Sequence record: OZ195934.1 | Length of the DNA stretch: 64,000 nucleotides | Direction: 5' to 3' (one strand) | Shown here: piece by piece, positions 62,368-64,000 of the stretch | Position numbering within the stretch: the first letter of the stretch is position 1 | Layout: the number at the start of each line of letters is the position of its first letter | Program-made: the position numbers and the translations under genes | Notes under the pieces: model-generated | Database searches by the model: none | What the model was told of the DNA's origin: nothing | What the model saw: the letters and a program-made list of their open reading frames with translations, nothing else

Positions 62368-63654
62368 ATGGAGAGAAAACTTACAGATATTGTAAATGAT
62401 GAAGCACTTGAATATGCAATGTACACAATCGAGAATCGAGCTTTAGCAAATGGCGTTGATGGTTTGAAACCAGTTCAACGCTTTGTGCTTTATAGCGTTC
62501 TGCGCGACGCATCGACATCGTTTGATAAGGTAGCAGCACTCGGTAGCTCAGTTTCAAAGATTGGTTACAATCACGGTGAGACTTCAGCCCAAGACGCTCT
62601 AGCGTTAATGGCAGCTAACTGGAAAAACAACTTGTCGATTGTTGAAGGGCGCGGTAACTTCGGTTCGCGAATGGTTCAAGAGCCCGCGAGTGCTCGTTAC
62701 GTGTACGCGAAGCTGCACGAAAACTTCAAGCAATACTTCAAAGATATTCACCTTGCACCGGAACACAAAGACGTTGAACACGTCCCACCACAGTTCTACG
62801 TGCCCGTGATACCGACAATTCTATTGAATGGCGTGTTCGGTGTTGCGACCGGCTTTGCGTGTAACATTCTACCGCACGATCCGAAATGGGTTAAGAAAGC
62901 AGTTGTTGAATATCTCAGCGGCAAAGAAATCAGTGAGCCAGTGATCATGTATCCCGAGTTCAACGGTCGCGTTGAAAAGCTTGAGCATAACAAGTACGCA
63001 CAGATTGGTACAGTTGAGATTAGCGGTCTGACAGCAGTCGTTACAGAAGTTCCGACGACGTTCGATCACACAAAATATCTCGCAGTGCTTGACAAACTCA
63101 CAGAATCGGGTAAAATCAGTAGCTATGTTGATGAGACTAGCGAGACGTTTCAATTCAGAGTGCGTTGCAAGCGCGGGACGAAGATGGACGAAGCGAATAT
63201 CATCAAACTGTTAAAGCTTCAGTCTAATGCGACTCAGAACATCAACGTTATCGACGAGAACTATGAGATTCGTCATTTTAACGATGTCAGAGAGCTTGTG
63301 AAGTGGTTCGTTGACTACAGACTAACGTTCTTACCAACTCGCATCAAAGACGCGATACAGACGACTACAGCGCGTTCTAGTTTAGCGATTGCGAAAGCAT
63401 CGTTCATCAAAGACGTTGTTAGTGGTAGGATTGTATTGTTCGGTAAGAAGCGTGCTGAAGTTTCAAAAGAGCTGAAAGCAGACGAGCGATATTCACCGCA
63501 CGTAACTGAGCTTCTAAATATGTCGGTTGATAAAATGACCGACGATGAGATTGCAAAACTCGATAAAGACTCAGAATCAGCGTTGAAAGAACTCGATTAC
63601 TGGAATAAGACAACTCCGCAAAAAGAGTTTATCAAAGATCTAAAGGGTATATAA
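62368..63654 (+). CDS. 52: DNA topoisomerase II medium subunit (T4 gp52-like)
   Basis: RAL....DGLKPVQR, YNHGE, GRGNFGS, ASARY catalytic Tyr, GVATGFACNI; about 430 aa with no C-terminal pinwheel. Confidence 0.95.
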   Translation: MERKLTDIVNDEALEYAMYTIENRALANGVDGLKPVQRFVLYSVLRDASTSFDKVAALGSSVSKIGYNHGETSAQDALALMAANWKNNLSIVEGRGNFGSRMVQEPASARYVYAKLHENFKQYFKDIHLAPEHKDVEHVPPQFYVPVIPTILLNGVFGVATGFACNILPHDPKWVKKAVVEYLSGKEISEPVIMYPEFNGRVEKLEHNKYAQIGTVEISGLTAVVTEVPTTFDHTKYLAVLDKLTESGKISSYVDETSETFQFRVRCKRGTKMDEANIIKLLKLQSNATQNINVIDENYEIRHFNDVRELVKWFVDYRLTFLPTRIKDAIQTTTARSSLAIAKASFIKDVVSGRIVLFGKKRAEVSKELKADERYSPHVTELLNMSVDKMTDDEIAKLDKDSESALKELDYWNKTTPQKEFIKDLKGI

Positions 63655-63896
63655 TGAACAACATAATCGTAAATAACGGTTTTGTTCAAGTCACAGATCA
63701 TGCTACACTATTCGGCGACGAAGAAGTTATCTTCGTCGAACCGATGAATCTCACTGATTTAGTGTGTTCACTTGGCTTGTACAAATCGAAATCTCAAGCT
63801 CGTCAAGCAAAGCGCGTTGGTGAGATACCTCCCGGTTACTCAGAATTCAAAGGCAACAAGAAAACGCCTCTGTACGTCTGGAACCCAACAGAATAG
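63654..63896 (+). CDS. Stand-alone S4-like RNA-binding domain protein
   Basis: LTDLVCSLGLYKSKSQARQ resembles the S4 / TyrRS C-terminal motif. Confidence 0.55.
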   Translation: MNNIIVNNGFVQVTDHATLFGDEEVIFVEPMNLTDLVCSLGLYKSKSQARQAKRVGEIPPGYSEFKGNKKTPLYVWNPTE

Positions 63897-63905
63897 GTGA
63901 AAATA

Positions 63906-64000
63906 ATGGTAAAATGGACTGAAATGTTCTACTCAATTCAGGGCGAAGGCAAATACACTGGTCAAGCTAGTTTATTCTTTCGCTTCTGGGGCTGCAACTT
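63906..64000 (+). CDS. queE: QueE 7-carboxy-7-deazaguanine synthase (5' fragment)
   Basis: Manual translation MVKWTEMFYSIQGEGKYTGQASLFFRFWGCN matches the QueE signature E.F.SIQGEG...G....F.R..GCN. Confidence 0.85.
   Translation, partial: MVKWTEMFYSIQGEGKYTGQASLFFRFWGCN

Noticed and set aside
176-63613. Many minus-strand and alternate-frame ORFs in the supplied track (e.g. 176-442, 484-801, 13572-13874, 36764-37120, 47624-47905, 59109-59480)
   Set aside because: They shadow better-supported genes and lack RBS or motifs. Only five minus-strand CDS were accepted: 42055-43149, 45400-45972, 53265-54320, 54320-54589 and 54573-55595.

Overview
This is a 64-kb segment of a large T4-like (Tevenvirinae/Straboviridae-type) lytic phage genome. 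The gene content suggests a gammaproteobacterial, possibly Vibrio, host, but that is inference. Recognisable core genes are tk, denV, nrdA/nrdB/nrdC, topoisomerase gp52, an AAA+ ATPase and the start of queE at the right edge, plus a KVP40-like NAD salvage set (nadR, pnuC, nadV). From 1 to 36.5 kb and again from 49 to 53 kb there are dense + strand arrays of small hypothetical genes. They are driven by a repeated sigma70-type promoter cassette that often sits inside a terminator hairpin and several times follows a CRP-like box. The standout is 36.5-47.4 kb plus a satellite at 53.3-55.6 kb. A 177-aa Thr/Ser/Arg/Trp-rich protein there has a mirror-image pattern: all 11 Arg in its repeat region lie opposite an aromatic residue at i+j=240, around a central CxxxxC loop, implying one very long beta-hairpin. 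Its gene has a T4-style late promoter and a hairpin that sequesters the Shine-Dalgarno sequence. The following genes encode three radical SAM enzymes with an N-terminal Fe-S domain, a 2OG-Fe(II) oxygenase, a QueC-like PP-loop enzyme, four predicted glycosyltransferases, a nucleotidyltransferase-kinase fusion and a HAD phosphatase. This reads as a candidate RiPP-like post-translational modification system for a virion appendage. All family calls come from motif recognition by eye; no database searches were run.
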